Positions 43,591-55,931 are shown, counted from the stretch's first letter. The stretch: 64,000 bases of DNA from an uncultured Flavobacteriaceae bacterium (GCA_963734985.1 CAVTJB010000003.1:42807-106806); one strand, 5' to 3'. The notes: a model not told the origin generated them from the sequence alone. A program made the numbers and translations.

Positions 43591-45357
43591 CTAACATGCC
43601 TCATCCTTTACAAAGGCGACAATCACCTTGGCCGTGTTTTTTCCAATATTCCTTAATTTATAGCGTTTGGTTGCCGCCGGAACCGCAAATGTTTCTGCGT
43701 AATGAAATTGTTTGGATTCTCCAATAAGGTTCAATTCTACAGTAGTACCTTCCACCAGCATACATATATGGCATTGACCTGCTGTTTCGATAACAACGTT
43801 CCTATCGAATTCATAACGATAGATATCATAAAAATGATCCGGATGAGTAGGCAAATGGATTTTTTTCCACTGATCCCCGGAGGTTTCCAATATGGGTTTT
43901 GAAACCAAGGATTCTTTTACCACTTTGCCCTTGCGTTCAAAATTCAGATTGTCGAAGGCCCGTTCAATGTTGATAGGTCTCGGTTTGCCTTCGAGGTCCA
44001 GGCGTTGCCAATCGTACATTTTAAAGGTAAAAATATAGGGCGTAGCACTGATTTCAAGAACCATCGTGTTCTTTCCCGAGCAATGAATGGTGCCATGGGG
44101 AATTAGAAATAAATCGTGTTTTTTCGCCGGCAGTTTCATGACGTATTTTTCCACATCCAGTTCTTCTCCGGTATCCTGGCTTTGTTGTAAGGCTTCCCTA
44201 AATTTTCTGGGATCAATATTTTCCTGAAATCCTAAATAGACATTCGCGTTGTCCTCTGCATCCAAAATATAATAAGTCTCGTCCTGGGTGAAATTTTCAC
44301 CGAATTCTTTCTCGATATAATCTGGTTTGGGATGACATTGTACAGATAAATTATCACCTTGAAAGGTGTCCAGAAAATCAAAACGGATTGGAAATTCGTC
44401 CTCGAAGCGTTCTGCCGCTTTTCCTAGTATATTTTTCCGTTCGTGGAACATCAGCATATCGAACGAGACCTCTAAAAGCGTCCCCCCCTCCTCAAAAACG
44501 AGTCCATTCTCGGGAACGATCATTTCGAAGGACCAGGCATAATTTGGAGCGTCTGGATTCAATCCTGAAAATCTCTCCTTCATCCATTGCCCCCCCCAGA
44601 CGCCTGGCTCGAACCATGGGCGTACCCGAAAGTAGCTTTTCGACATTTTGGAAAGGTTACTCCTCAGAAGCTCGCCTTCCATCCACGTGGGTTCTTGAGG
44701 TCTTTGTTGATCTACTATGATCGATATTTTTGGAAGTAGTTGTTTCTTTTCCCTGTTGAGTACGATCCAGTCTACAAAATAGAAATGTTTGTACATTAGT
44801 TTGGGGCTTTTGGCCGTAGTAAATCCTAAATTGGCACAGGCCTTGGCGCGACTTCGAAATTGTAGTTCATTTTTTGGTAGATCAAAATAGACCAGGAAAC
44901 CATCTATACCTGACTGATGGGCACCAGTACCGTAAATTAGCTGTATATCGGCAGTGTCGTCGATTTGGATAGTGTCTATTTTTTTTGGGTCAAAATAATC
45001 CCTGAGCGTCAAGGTGGTCCTATGTCCGAATATAGGGTCGTCGCCTCCTAAATAGGGTGCTACCATCGTTTCGATTTCCTCTTCTTGCTTTAAGCATTTA
45101 CGTATATCGAAAGCGTTTACCGAAAGACCTTTTTCTTCCAAACCGAAAACCAGGGCTGATAGTACTTCGCTCCAATCCACACCTATGTAACCATCGAGCA
45201 GAATAGTTTTTTCCCCTGAAATCCTGTCGGCCAAAGTGTCGTAGCCAATTTCAATCTTTCCTTTTCTTATAGGATGCGACGGATTTATATCATACGAATC
45301 GACGCGTGGATCCTCTTTTTTAATTGGCATTAGATATTGGCTGGTATTTCGTTTCAT
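43591..45357 (-). CDS. Class I mannose-6-phosphate isomerase-like protein with a long N-terminal domain (intact)
   Basis: Cupin motifs GVWGG, LSVQCHP, QDETYYI, GTIHCSG and LEISATP, preceded by about 240 extra residues. Confidence 0.82.
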   Translation of the reverse strand: MKRNTSQYLMPIKKEDPRVDSYDINPSHPIRKGKIEIGYDTLADRISGEKTILLDGYIGVDWSEVLSALVFGLEEKGLSVNAFDIRKCLKQEEEIETMVAPYLGGDDPIFGHRTTLTLRDYFDPKKIDTIQIDDTADIQLIYGTGAHQSGIDGFLVYFDLPKNELQFRSRAKACANLGFTTAKSPKLMYKHFYFVDWIVLNREKKQLLPKISIIVDQQRPQEPTWMEGELLRSNLSKMSKSYFRVRPWFEPGVWGGQWMKERFSGLNPDAPNYAWSFEMIVPENGLVFEEGGTLLEVSFDMLMFHERKNILGKAAERFEDEFPIRFDFLDTFQGDNLSVQCHPKPDYIEKEFGENFTQDETYYILDAEDNANVYLGFQENIDPRKFREALQQSQDTGEELDVEKYVMKLPAKKHDLFLIPHGTIHCSGKNTMVLEISATPYIFTFKMYDWQRLDLEGKPRPINIERAFDNLNFERKGKVVKESLVSKPILETSGDQWKKIHLPTHPDHFYDIYRYEFDRNVVIETAGQCHICMLVEGTTVELNLIGESKQFHYAETFAVPAATKRYKLRNIGKNTAKVIVAFVKDEAC

Positions 45358-46103
45358 GTGGGCTAAACTATTAAAGATATGAGGTTGCTAAGGTAATGAT
45401 TCTATGTTTATTTGTATGAACAATCATTTGATAGGTTGTTTTATCGATGGATGATTTGGATTTGTTGTACAGGAATTTCAGCACAGTAGAGAGGGAACAA
45501 TGGTAAAATTATTAGCTATGAGTTTTTTTTACTGGCAGCTATACTGAACAAGCCTCTCGCGCTCCTCATGCCGAAGGTAAAGGTGTTGGATGTTTTAGTT
45601 TTGATGAAATTGAAGGTACTATCGAGTGCCTTCGTTATACGAGATAAAGAAAACCAAGCTCTATCACAATTTTCGGGTAGGGACCTTCTTGATATGCGGT
45701 GGAAGAATTGCCGGTTGATCAAGAATCTTAGGCGTATTTGGATAAAATTGACGAAAATGGTGAACTGGCCAACATCAATTTACAACCTTTGAAAGTTGAA
45801 TAGTCCGTCATCTGGTCAATTATCAAGCTCGATTGATCTTTGCCAATCAGAATTCCAACTAATTGATGGTTTTTGAAATCGACCAAAATAATGGCGCATT
45901 GAATCTTCATCCAAAAACTGAGGTTGCTACTCCCGTCAATATCCGCTGGTCGTCCGAAGTGATATAGAAATATATGGGGGTAGGTAAAATTTTGTCTTTA
46001 TCCGTAAGAAATATCAGTCCGAGTTAACTCGGGAACTTCCTAATATCCCCTGGACAGGCTAGTTGATTGGATTGAAAGATACTGAAATTATTTGATGGGG
46101 CCC

Positions 46104-46115
46104 ATGTGTAAACAT
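46104..46115. promoter_or_regulatory. Putative GntR/HutC operator ATGTGTAAACAT
   Basis: Palindrome about 90 bp upstream of GH92 no.3. Confidence 0.75.
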
Positions 46116-46205
46116 ATTAACATTATATTTCTTATTTTAGTCACGGTAGTTCCCCTTTTTCATTTTTTGAAGCCCATATTTAGGATGAGAATATAAAATA
46201 TTTCA

Positions 46206-49200
46206 ATGTTGAAAAAATACAGTTTGGTTTTGTTGCTTTCTATGGTGACCGTATTGGTTTTTGGCCAGAAACCCGTTTGGGAGATAGGCAAAGGGGATAA
46301 CAGTGCTTCTGAATTTACCTTGGCACCCTCGGACTACAGCAAGTTTCTCGCAAAGGACTTCGGATGGGAGGACCGATTTTTTGCTTTAGGCTTTTCTAAA
46401 CAGAAAAGGATTTTCCTTATGTTTTACCAGGTGCGGTGGACTATTGGGGAGGAACATCTGGCCTATCGGGAATCCGTCCGCATGAACTGAATCTTTTATT
46501 TTCATTGAAAGGGCAACTAGCTGCCGGCAACTGGCAATTGGTAATCGATATTTTGGACTGCAGCCCTGAAAATCCGCCACTCTTAAAGGTAACCGTAAAT
46601 GGGCACTCATGGAAATTCAGGTTGGACAAGGGTAGTAGTAACGAAGATGCACTAAAGGGTTCCGGTACCCGTTATAAAGAACAGAAACTGGAAATTCCGC
46701 TAGCTCCCGAGCTTCTAAAAAATGGGGGCAATGAAATACAATTGACGAGCCTTGAGGGCAGTTGGTTGGTCTTCGACCAGATCCAACTTAAGGGACCCGA
46801 AAATGTGGAGCTGTAACCCCAAATAAACTTTTTCTTCGCAATACCGAGGCGGCCGATTATGAAATTGATGTGGCCGGTAAACGTTTTCAACCTTTTTTGG
46901 TAGACGTTCAGTATTTGGAAGGCCTACCCAATCTTAGCGTAACCTTGGATGGCAAGAAGATTTTCAGGAAAAACGTGGCAAACGGCAGCCCGATTTTTGA
47001 GGTACCTATGGACGCCGTTACTGAAAATAGGCTTAGCGAATTTGAAGTATTGGTGGACAATGAACCTGTGAAAAAAGGCCAGGTTTTGCGGGCCCCACAA
47101 AAGCCGGTTTCCCTTTCGGATTACATAGACACAAAAATCGGGACAGGTCATTCACGGTGGATGATCGCACCTGGCCCGTGGATGCCGTTTGGCATGGTCA
47201 AAATCAGCCCCGATAATCAAGACAGCGGCTGGCAAGCGGGCTATCAACCAACCTTTGAAAATGTGGGCGCGTTCAGTCATATCCATGAATGGACGATGGC
47301 CGGCCTAGGTACCCTGCCGACAAACGGACTGTTAAAGACCAAAGTCGGAAAGCCTGAAAATCCGGATGGTGGTTATCGATCGAGGGTCAATAAGGTGACG
47401 AAAAAGCTCCTTTGGGATATTATTCCGTTGTTTTAAGCGATTACGATATAAAGACCGAACTTACAGCCACCACTCGTTGTAGCTTCCAACGCTACACTTA
47501 CCCCAAAAATGTGCCGCACTCTAGAATTCTGATCAACCTGAAAATACCTGCAGAATACGATTATCGCATCGAGAAGGCCTATATAGAAAAAGTGGGCTCG
47601 AATAAAATCGTGGGGTATAGCCGGCAGATTACCCCGTCGGTCTGGGGGGAACGGCATTATCGGAAACAAATGGTCGAGAACGGTGATGAATCGAAAGCGT
47701 GGGACGATATCGAACAGGATTACACCGTAAATTTTGTAATGGAGTTTGATAAGCCTATTAAGAAGTTCGGGATTTGGGTCGATGGAGAGAAAAAAGGTAC
47801 AAGCGATTCAATTTTGATAGAGAACCAGAACGGATTAACCATTGAAAAACCCGAGGATGTGGTTGTCTTCGCTGAGTTCGATACTACAGAAAACCAGGTA
47901 ATACAAACCAGAACGGGCTTATCTTATGTAAGTATAGATAATGCGGCGCTGAACTTAAAGACGGAGATTGGACAGCCTTTTGGTTGGGATTTTGAAAAAG
48001 TAAGGAAAAACCACGAAAAGGTCTGGAACGATCTATTGAAAAGAGTGCTGATTACCACTCAAGATAGAAAGGAAAAGACCCGCTTTTATTCCAATATGTA
48101 CCGCGCCATCGTAAGCCGGAATATTTTTAGCGATGTGGACGGAAACTGGATGGATGCTACCGAAAACCCCCAAAAATTCGAAGATGCCAATGGAGTGGCC
48201 CTAGGTTGCGACGCTTTTTGGAATACCTTTTGGAACCTGAACCAGTTTTGGAACCTGGCCGTTCCCGAACTGTCTTCTAAATGGGTCAATTCCCAATTGG
48301 CCATGTACGATGCGAACGGCTGGCTGGCCAAAGGGCCCGCAGGTATGGAGTATATCCCTGTGATGGTGGCCGAACATGAAATTCCATTGATTGTGGGTGC
48401 CTATCAAATGGGTGTTGACGATTTTGATGCCGAAAAGGCTTTCGAGGCAGTCCATAAAATGCAGACGGTTCATGGTGAGACCGTGGGCCATGGATACGCA
48501 GGAAACCGTGATTTGGAAGCTTATTTGAAATACAGCTACGTACCATACAATAAAGGAAGGTTTTCCAATACGTTGGAATATACTTTTGACGATTTCGCTG
48601 TATCCCAGATGGCCAAGGCCTTAGGCAAAAAGGATGTTTTTGAACAGTTTATCGACCGCGCCTACTGGTGGAAAAATGCCATAGACCCCACAATAGGTCT
48701 TGCAAGGCTCCGGCATTCGGACAGCTCTTGGTACAAAGAATTCGACCCACTGAAAACAGGGGGCAACCATCAATATGTAGAAGGGAACGCCTGGCAACTT
48801 TCCTTTTTTGTGCCTCAGGATGTTCCCGCCTTGGTTGAAATAATAGGAGAGAAACTGTTTGTGGATCGATTGGACGGAGGTTTTAAGGTTAGTAGCCCTT
48901 GGCGTTATAATGCTCCCAATGAACTCTATTGGGATTTTCCGGTGATACAGGGCAACCAACAGTCGATGCACTTTTCCTATTTGTTCAATTGGGCAAAACA
49001 TCCATGGCTAACCCAAAAATGGAACCGTGATATCATGGAGCGGTATTATGGTTTCGGGGTTTCGAACGCCTATCTCGGTGATGAGTATCAAGGCCAGATG
49101 AGCGCATGGTTCGTCATGTCGGCCTTGGGCCTTTTTCAGACTGACGGCGGAACCAGGGAAACACCCATATATGAGATTGGCAGCCCTATATTCGAAAAAA

Positions 49201-49433
49201 CGGTTATCGACCTAGGGAACATTTACGGAAGGGGAAGCACCTTCACAATCGAAGCAAAAAATGTGTCGTACCTTAACAAATACGTTCAGAATGCCAAATT
49301 GAACGGAAAAGAGCTTAGGAACTTTTGGTTCCCGGCTTCCGAACTGCTGCGGGGTGGTAAACTGGAACTGGTCATGGGGCCGGACCCGAATAAGAACTGG
49401 GGAGTAGGTACTATGCCGAAAAGCCCGAAATAA
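46206..49433 (+). pseudogene. GH92 alpha-mannosidase no.3 with N-terminal beta-sandwich module, frameshifted
   Basis: SRWMIAPGPWMPFGMVKISPDN, TLEYTFDDF, YVEGNAWQL and GDEYQGQMSAWF; frameshifts near 46400, 46815 and 47400. Confidence 0.9.
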
Positions 49434-49510
49434 ACCGACAACCAAATAAATTAAAACTCTTACGGTCAAAAAAATTGATACCCTTCTAGCACTAATTTTG
49501 TTGCTCGGAC

Positions 49511-49813
49511 ATGCCTCATTTCAGAAATGCAAAGCCTTGGCGAATGCCATCTAAAACAATCAGAATTTTTCCCAAGTCAAGAGAATGGCCAAGAAAGCGG
49601 AGAAGGCGGATTTTAATACCGGTGAGGGATGTAGAGAAGTTCCTGTCAAATAGGGGATTTTTACACGGCAGATGCCATTCGAATTTTAAAGAAGAACGGG
49701 TATGATGGGATACTAATTCCGAATCCCAGCCCTGCGATTATTTGCGACCCTCCTGGCACGCCAGCATAACTTATTCGATGGGTGATATGAAAATCTTGCT
49801 CGACACGGTATGA
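49511..49813 (+). pseudogene. uxuA: Remnant of D-mannonate dehydratase (UxuA/ManD), C-terminal part
   Basis: Hand translation: PHFRN...AIRILKKNGYDGILIPNP...CD/PSWHASITYSMGDMK. This resembles the UxuA C-terminus (HFRNV...GVLIPDHTP.MTC.A.WHAGMAY.LGY) as recalled, with the metal-binding PDH degraded. Confidence 0.65.
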
Positions 49814-50823
49814 CGAAAAATTGCAACATAAACGACAAATGGACCTATAACAATATGAGGGTCGTTTTTATGGAGAACGAATCCCGCAAGATTGGCATTC
49901 GAAGCAGGGCGTGGCAGCGACATTTTCCAAGTTCGTCTATAAGCCTGTCGGCATTGATCTCATGTTGCGATTGGACAAGGATATCCTAAATCCCCAAGAG
50001 GTATTTTCCCAACTGGTGATAAATACCAAAAACCAATTTAGGAGGATTACGATTATGGGGGATGGCAAGAGGTTTTGCCGAATAGCTCGCCACAAATTAT
50101 CACGGGGCAGAATTGGGGCAGCACGGAGAAGTTTCTTTGATTCCTTGGGATTATGCGGTTATTAAAAATTCGGACGCTGAGGTAGCGGTCAAATTATGGA
50201 CGCGGCCATTGCGTTATCCAATTTTAAATCGAAAAGACCTTGACCTTAGAAAAAGGAAGCCAGAGTTTGCAGATCGATGAAACTCTTACCAACGAATCGG
50301 AAACCGAGTTGCATATGATGTGGGGGCACCATATTGCCTTTGGTATGCCATTTTTGAAGGAAGGTGCTTGTATTGAAACCTCCGCGAAAAAATTCAGGGC
50401 GGAACAGGCGATGTGAGGCCATCGCATATTTAAGCCGGGAACTGAGCAAGATTGGCCGATAGTCGCAACCTTTGACAATCAAAAAATCGACGCAAGTAAG
50501 GTTTTGACTGCAACGGAAGGCAAATTTTCGGATTTGGCCTATTTGTCCAAGTTTAAGGAGAATGCATTTTATAGGATTGCCACAGATCGCATGTCTTTTA
50601 CGATAGCGTGGGACAAGGCAATTTTCAAATCTCTCTGGTATTGCAGGAACGATACGCTATCCAGGATGCCCCGTGGTGGGGCAAGACTTATGCTGTTGCC
50701 CGGCAACCATGGGCCAATGATTGGAAAGAGAACCCAACAGTGGAAAATATCGAAAAAGAATGGTTAAAACTGGAACCCAGACAGATTTTGGAAACGACGA
50801 TATCAACAACTTGTACACATTAG
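49810..50823 (+). pseudogene. Aldose 1-epimerase-like (DUF4432-type) protein, disrupted
   Basis: Pieces MENE..KIGI, YYGGWQEVLPN, LGQHGEVSLIPW, MWGHHIAFG and LWYC. In-frame TGA at 50414-50416 plus frameshifts. Confidence 0.72.
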
Positions 50824-50826
50824 CTT

Positions 50827-51693
50827 ATGAAAGCGGCAACTATTTTAGATATAAAGCCTGTTCACGGTGAAGCCTTATCGGGTGCCCCATCGAACAAAAA
50901 TTTTATTGTGTCGATTTGTTGAAAGGCTCCTACTTTAAGGTGGATTGGGCATCCAAAAAAGCCGAAGAATACAATGTAGGCCAAGAACTAGGCGTGATGG
51001 CATTACGCGAAAATGGTGGGATAGTGGCAGGAGTTCGCGATGGTTTGGATTTTATCATGAGCATACCAACGAACTACGGCTTATTGAAAATTCACCGAAC
51101 TACATGTCTCTGACCGACGTATGAACGACGGGGCGGTAGATCCGGCAGGAAGGTTTTTGGCTGGTACCATGGAGTATGACGGTGCCAACCATACTGGCAA
51201 TCTTTACCGTTTGAATCCGGACCACAGTATAGATCATCTTGAAAACAACATCTTTATTACCAACGGAATGGGCTGGAGCCCCGATAAGTGCACCTACTAT
51301 ATGATCGATACAAATAGAAATGTATGTTATGCCTACCATTACGATTTGGAAACAGGAAACATTTCCAATCGGAGAAAGCATATCAAATGGAAAAAAAATG
51401 AATATCCCGATGGCATGACGGTCGATTCGGATGGAGGTTTGTGGGTCGCCCTGTGGGGTGGGCATAAAGTAAGCCATTTCAATGCCGGTGGCACATGGAT
51501 CGAGGATATTGAAATTCCCGTGCTGCATGTGACGAGCTGTTGTTTCGGCGGCGAGGATTTGAAAACCCTTTTGGTAACTACTTCGCGCCTAAACCTATCG
51601 GAAAAGGAGCAGGAACAAAATCCATTGGCCGGAAGATGTTTTGCCATTGAAACGGATGCGATTGGACAAATAGAACCACGTTTTAAAGGATAA
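50827..51693 (+). pseudogene. SMP-30/gluconolactonase family protein, 5' frameshifted
   Basis: RMNDGAVDPAGR, ITNGMGWSPD, YPDGMTVDSDGGLWVA and VTSCCFGG. Confidence 0.88.
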
Positions 51694-51698
51694 CGAAA

Positions 51699-52450
51699 AT
51701 GAAGAAAAGAAATATAATAGTAACCGGAGGTGCAAAGGGAATCGGTAAGGCCTGTACCGAATATTTTTTGGAGAATGGCGACCATGTCATCGCCTTGGAT
51801 GTCGACCGGGACGCGTTGAAAAAACTTGAAAATCCACAAGGTAGGTTGCTTGGACTTGCCTGTGACGTTTCGAAATCGAAAGAAGTCGAGCAGGCCATTC
51901 AAAAAGGGATAGACAGGTTCGGAGAAATCGATATACTTGTCAACAATGCGGGAATCCAAAGGTATTCGACGGTCACGGAAACCTCCGAGGAAGAGTGGGA
52001 TCTGGTCATGAACGTCAATTTAAAAAGTGCTTTTCTTTGTGCAAAGTATGCGGTGCAATCGATGCAAAAAAAGGGAAAGGGTGTAGTAATTAATGTGTCT
52101 AGCGTTCAGGCCTTTGTCAGTCAGGAACGGGTGGCGCCCTATACCACCTCGAAAACGGCTATGTTGGGATTAACAAGAAGTATTGCCGTTGATTATGCCC
52201 CGAATATAAGATGCGTTGCAGTGTGTCCAGGAACGGTGGATACCCCCATGTTACGTGATGCCATAGCCACCATGGATAATCCTGAAGCCGTATATCAGGA
52301 ATGTATCGATATGCATTTGAGCAAACGTATCTGTCCGCCCGAAGAGGTGGCGGCCCTCGTCGGGTTTCTAAGCAGCGATATGGCAGGTCTATTACGGGAC
52401 AGGCCTTTCGGGTCGATGGAGGATTGGGGATTCTTTGTGAAGGAAATTAA
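51699..52450 (+). pseudogene. SDR oxidoreductase resembling archaeal aldohexose (mannose) dehydrogenase AldT; frameshift near the C-terminus
   Basis: TGGAKGIG, VNNAGIQRY, NVSSVQA, YTTSK, SIAVDYAPNIRCVAVCPGTVDTP. The natural end ITGQAFRVDGGLGILCEGN* is in another frame after about 52389. Confidence 0.85.
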
Positions 52451-52520
52451 GGCCACGGCCCCATGCATTTCCCTTACCGTTAAATTGCGTTTCTTCGGAT
52501 GGGAGAAGGGGAGGGGAGTT

Positions 52521-54487
52521 TCAAAATGCATGGGATCGTAAAAATACTTTTCCTTGGCCGTACCCAATTCAAAATCATCCGTTCGGAATGGAAAAGCAGG
52601 CAACCCATCCGTATTGTATAAATTTAAGGCTCCGGGATTATCGGACCAAGCATAGCGCACGAATTTAGGGTCGGAAACCTGATTGGAATACACGGTCACC
52701 TCATCGGCACCAGACAGTTCTGCTTTCGCCCAAACGAATTTCCCATCTTCGCCGGCAATGGCAAAACCTCTCAGATAACCGAATTTATCGGTGCTTTTGA
52801 GAGTGCTCCCGTAGGTATCGAACTTGATTTTAATCGTATTCCCATCCACCGACTGACTTTTATAGGTCGGCGCCTTGTGTAAAGGCTTCCCATATTCATC
52901 GTGCAGGGCCAAAAGCGAGAGCCGTCTTCCTACTTCCAATTTGTTGTAGGGATGGATGTCGTTTGCATTCCCGATATCGATGGCCGTCATAATATCAACA
53001 TTCGGCAGCTGCGTAGCTTTCATTTGCGAGTTACGGACTTCGGCCCATTTACTGTTTCCGGGGATGGAATCTTCTTGTCTATAATTGGCCAACTGCACTA
53101 TATAAAATGGCATGTCGGGATCCTTCCACTTTTTGCGCCAATCGGTGATCATGCCCTTTAACAGGGATTCATATTCGACCGCCCTCTTTTCGTTCGATTC
53201 CCCTTGGTACCAAATTACGCCGGTAATGGGAAGACCTAGTAAAGGAGCGATGCCCCCGTTGTACAACAACATCGGGTGCGAAAATACACTGCCGTTCGGC
53301 ACCTTTGGTTTCGGGAATTTTTTTGCATCTATGGATCTTCCTTTTTTATATTTCCATTGTCCGACCAAGATGGGGTTGCCCCAAAAGGCATTGGTATAGA
53401 TTCCGCCTTTGCCACCGGAATCAAAAACGCGGACGGTGAGGGTATTGTCTTTTGCCAGTAAAATCTCCTTGGGTACGGTGTAGTTCCTGAAGTTGCTATT
53501 GCCAAAGGTTTCTCCCACCTTTTGGCCGTTGACCCATGTGATGTCATAGTCATCGATTTGATTTAAGGCCAAAGGGAAATCCTTGTCGAGTCGGGTGGAA
53601 TCGAGGTCGAACGTCTTACGGAACCAAAAACTACCGTCGTGGTCGGCATAGCCAAAATCTTCCCAGAAGGAGGGAAGCGTAATTTCCTGCCAATCGGAGT
53701 CATCGTAATCATCGGTATACCACTTTTCTTCGAGTCCGGGCCCTTTTAGGTATTGCCTGTCCCATTTCTTACGGTACTTTTCAAATTCCCTGTTCAAGGT
53801 CGCAAAATCCTTTTTGGTTTTTTCGATGTTGGAGGTGACTTCATCAAATTGGGGGAATTTTTTCAGGGCATCCATACTCATCCACGTTTCGATGGTGGTC
53901 GCCCCCAGGTTACTGCTGATTAATCCGATCGGAACCTCCTGGTTTTCGGCCAATTCCCTTCCAAAAAAATATCCGACGGCACTAAAGTTCCGAACGGTCT
54001 CCGCATTCGCCTCTGCCCAAATGGCCATGGAAACTTCGTCCTGTGGAAGATAATCGGATGCGATTCCTATCGAGCATAAACGCAGGTTGGGATATGCGAT
54101 GCGACTTGTATCCTTTTCCACATAGTCCAACATGTTCAAGGTATATTGCATGTTCGATTGGCCCGCGCAGAGCCATAGGTCGCCGACCAGAATATTCTCC
54201 AAGTTCAGCTCCTCCTTGCCTTTGAACGATAAGGTGAAGGGCCCGCCATAGTCCATTGGTTCAAGAACTACTTTCCAGTTTCCCTTCTTATCGGCTGTTT
54301 CCGAATGCAATTGATCGCCAATGGAGATCTGTAGGGTTTCCATGGGTGCGGCCGTCCCTTCTATGGGAATAGATTTGTTTCTGGGCAACACCATATTGGA
54401 CGCGAATATTTTGGGGAGTTCTATCTGCCCGAGTACCAAATTGTGCGGTATAAAGGCGAATAGGAAAATGACCAAAAATTTCTTCAT
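52521..54487 (-). CDS. Sialate O-acetylesterase (SASA)-family esterase with inserted beta-sandwich
   Basis: GDLWLCAGQSNM, VIWYQGESN, DIHPYNK and VRYAW. The probable natural stop is at 52521; the ORF reads on to 52295 through a terminal frameshift. Confidence 0.88.
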
Positions 54488-54494
54488 TGTAATT

Positions 54495-55851
54495 TCAGTT
54501 TAATTCTTCATCGGCCGTCCAGCTCAGTTCAATTTCCTCCAAGGTTTTTCCTTTAGTTTCCGGGATTACGTTATAGGTGAAAATCAATAGGATAATCGCA
54601 TTGGCCATAAAGAGCCAAAAGGTGTATGCGCCGCCGATTTTATCCAGAAGCACGGGAGTGAACTGGGATATAAACCAGACCCCTACCCACAGTACCATAA
54701 TCGATAACGACATGGCAATGCCCCGGGTCTTGGTCGGAAATATTTCCGAGATCAATACCCATGGGATCGGACCCAAGGAGGTTGCAAAGCATCCGACGAA
54801 ACCTAAAATAAAGATCAATACCCAAGGCCCAGTGGTCAATCCGAGATAAAACAGGGTGCCGACCGCCAATAAACAGATCGCCATTCCGGAAACTCCCCAT
54901 AACAACAAAGTCCTACGGCCCAGCTGATCGATGTATTTTATGGCAACGAACGTGAAAATAGTGTTGATGACCCCAATGATCACGGTCTGCATCAAGGCGG
55001 AATCTACCCCGAAACCGGCTCCTTTTAAAATTTCAGGGGCATAGTACATGATAGCGTTGATCCCGGTAATCTGGGAAAAAAGCGCAAGTACGATCCCGAT
55101 AATCATGGCGATACGGAGCCCGGGAGCGAAAAGTTCTTTGAGCGTTCCCTTTTCTTGCCCTAGCGTCAGCTTGATTTCGTTATGCACCTTTTTTGCCAAC
55201 TCATCGGAATTTACCCTGCCCAAAATATCGAGCGCTTCGTCGTGTCTGCCCACTTTGGATAGCCATCTAGGACTTTCCGGTACAAAAAACAACGCAATGA
55301 GGAACAAAACCGCGGGAACTGTTTCGGAGCCCAACATATAACGCCATCCCATTTCAATGTTCCACTGTTCCCCATACATTCCCGCAATGATATAATTAAG
55401 GAAGAACACAATGTTGATGCCCACTACAATGGCCAGTTGATACAGCGAGACTAACATGCCCCGCTTGTTCGCGGGAGCGATTTCGGAAATGTACAAAGGC
55501 GACAACATCGAAGCCGCCCCGACCCCAACACCGCCTATCATCCTCGCTATTACCAATTGGTTGAATGTTTCCGCCAAGGCACAGCCAATGGCCGAAATGG
55601 CAACAAAAAGGCGGTAATGATCAGTGTTTTCTTTCTTCCATTTTATCGGCAACATAACCGGCGACGGCGACCCCTCCGATACACCCCAAAATGGCGCAGG
55701 AAACGGCCCACCCTTTCAGGTCTGGGCTCAAGGAAAATTTGGTTTCCATAAAACCGATCGCCCCGGATATTACAGCGGTGTCATACCCGAACAGTAATCC
55801 GCCCAAGGCACCGATGATTGTTATTAACAATAAATACCTTGATTTTTTCAT
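54495..55851 (-). pseudogene. Sugar porter family MFS transporter, frameshifted near the 5' end
   Basis: GGLLFGYDTAVISGA, YISEIAP, PESPRWL, QITGINAIMYY and PETKGKTLEEI. Confidence 0.92.
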
Positions 55852-55931
55852 GTTGTTTTGGTTTGGTTCATTGAACTCGAAGCGAGTCCATTTCCTAAAA
55901 ACCCAAGCTTCATGCGATACGTTGATGAATA

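Noticed and set aside
45430-46080. Possible eroded gene between PMI and GH92 no.3
   Set aside because: Only short stop-riddled frames with no identifiable motif; not supportable as a feature.
52295-52541. Apparent 250-bp convergent overlap of the SDR and esterase ORFs
   Set aside because: Both ORFs read through because of terminal frameshifts; the natural stops are about 52450 and 52521, so there is no real overlap.
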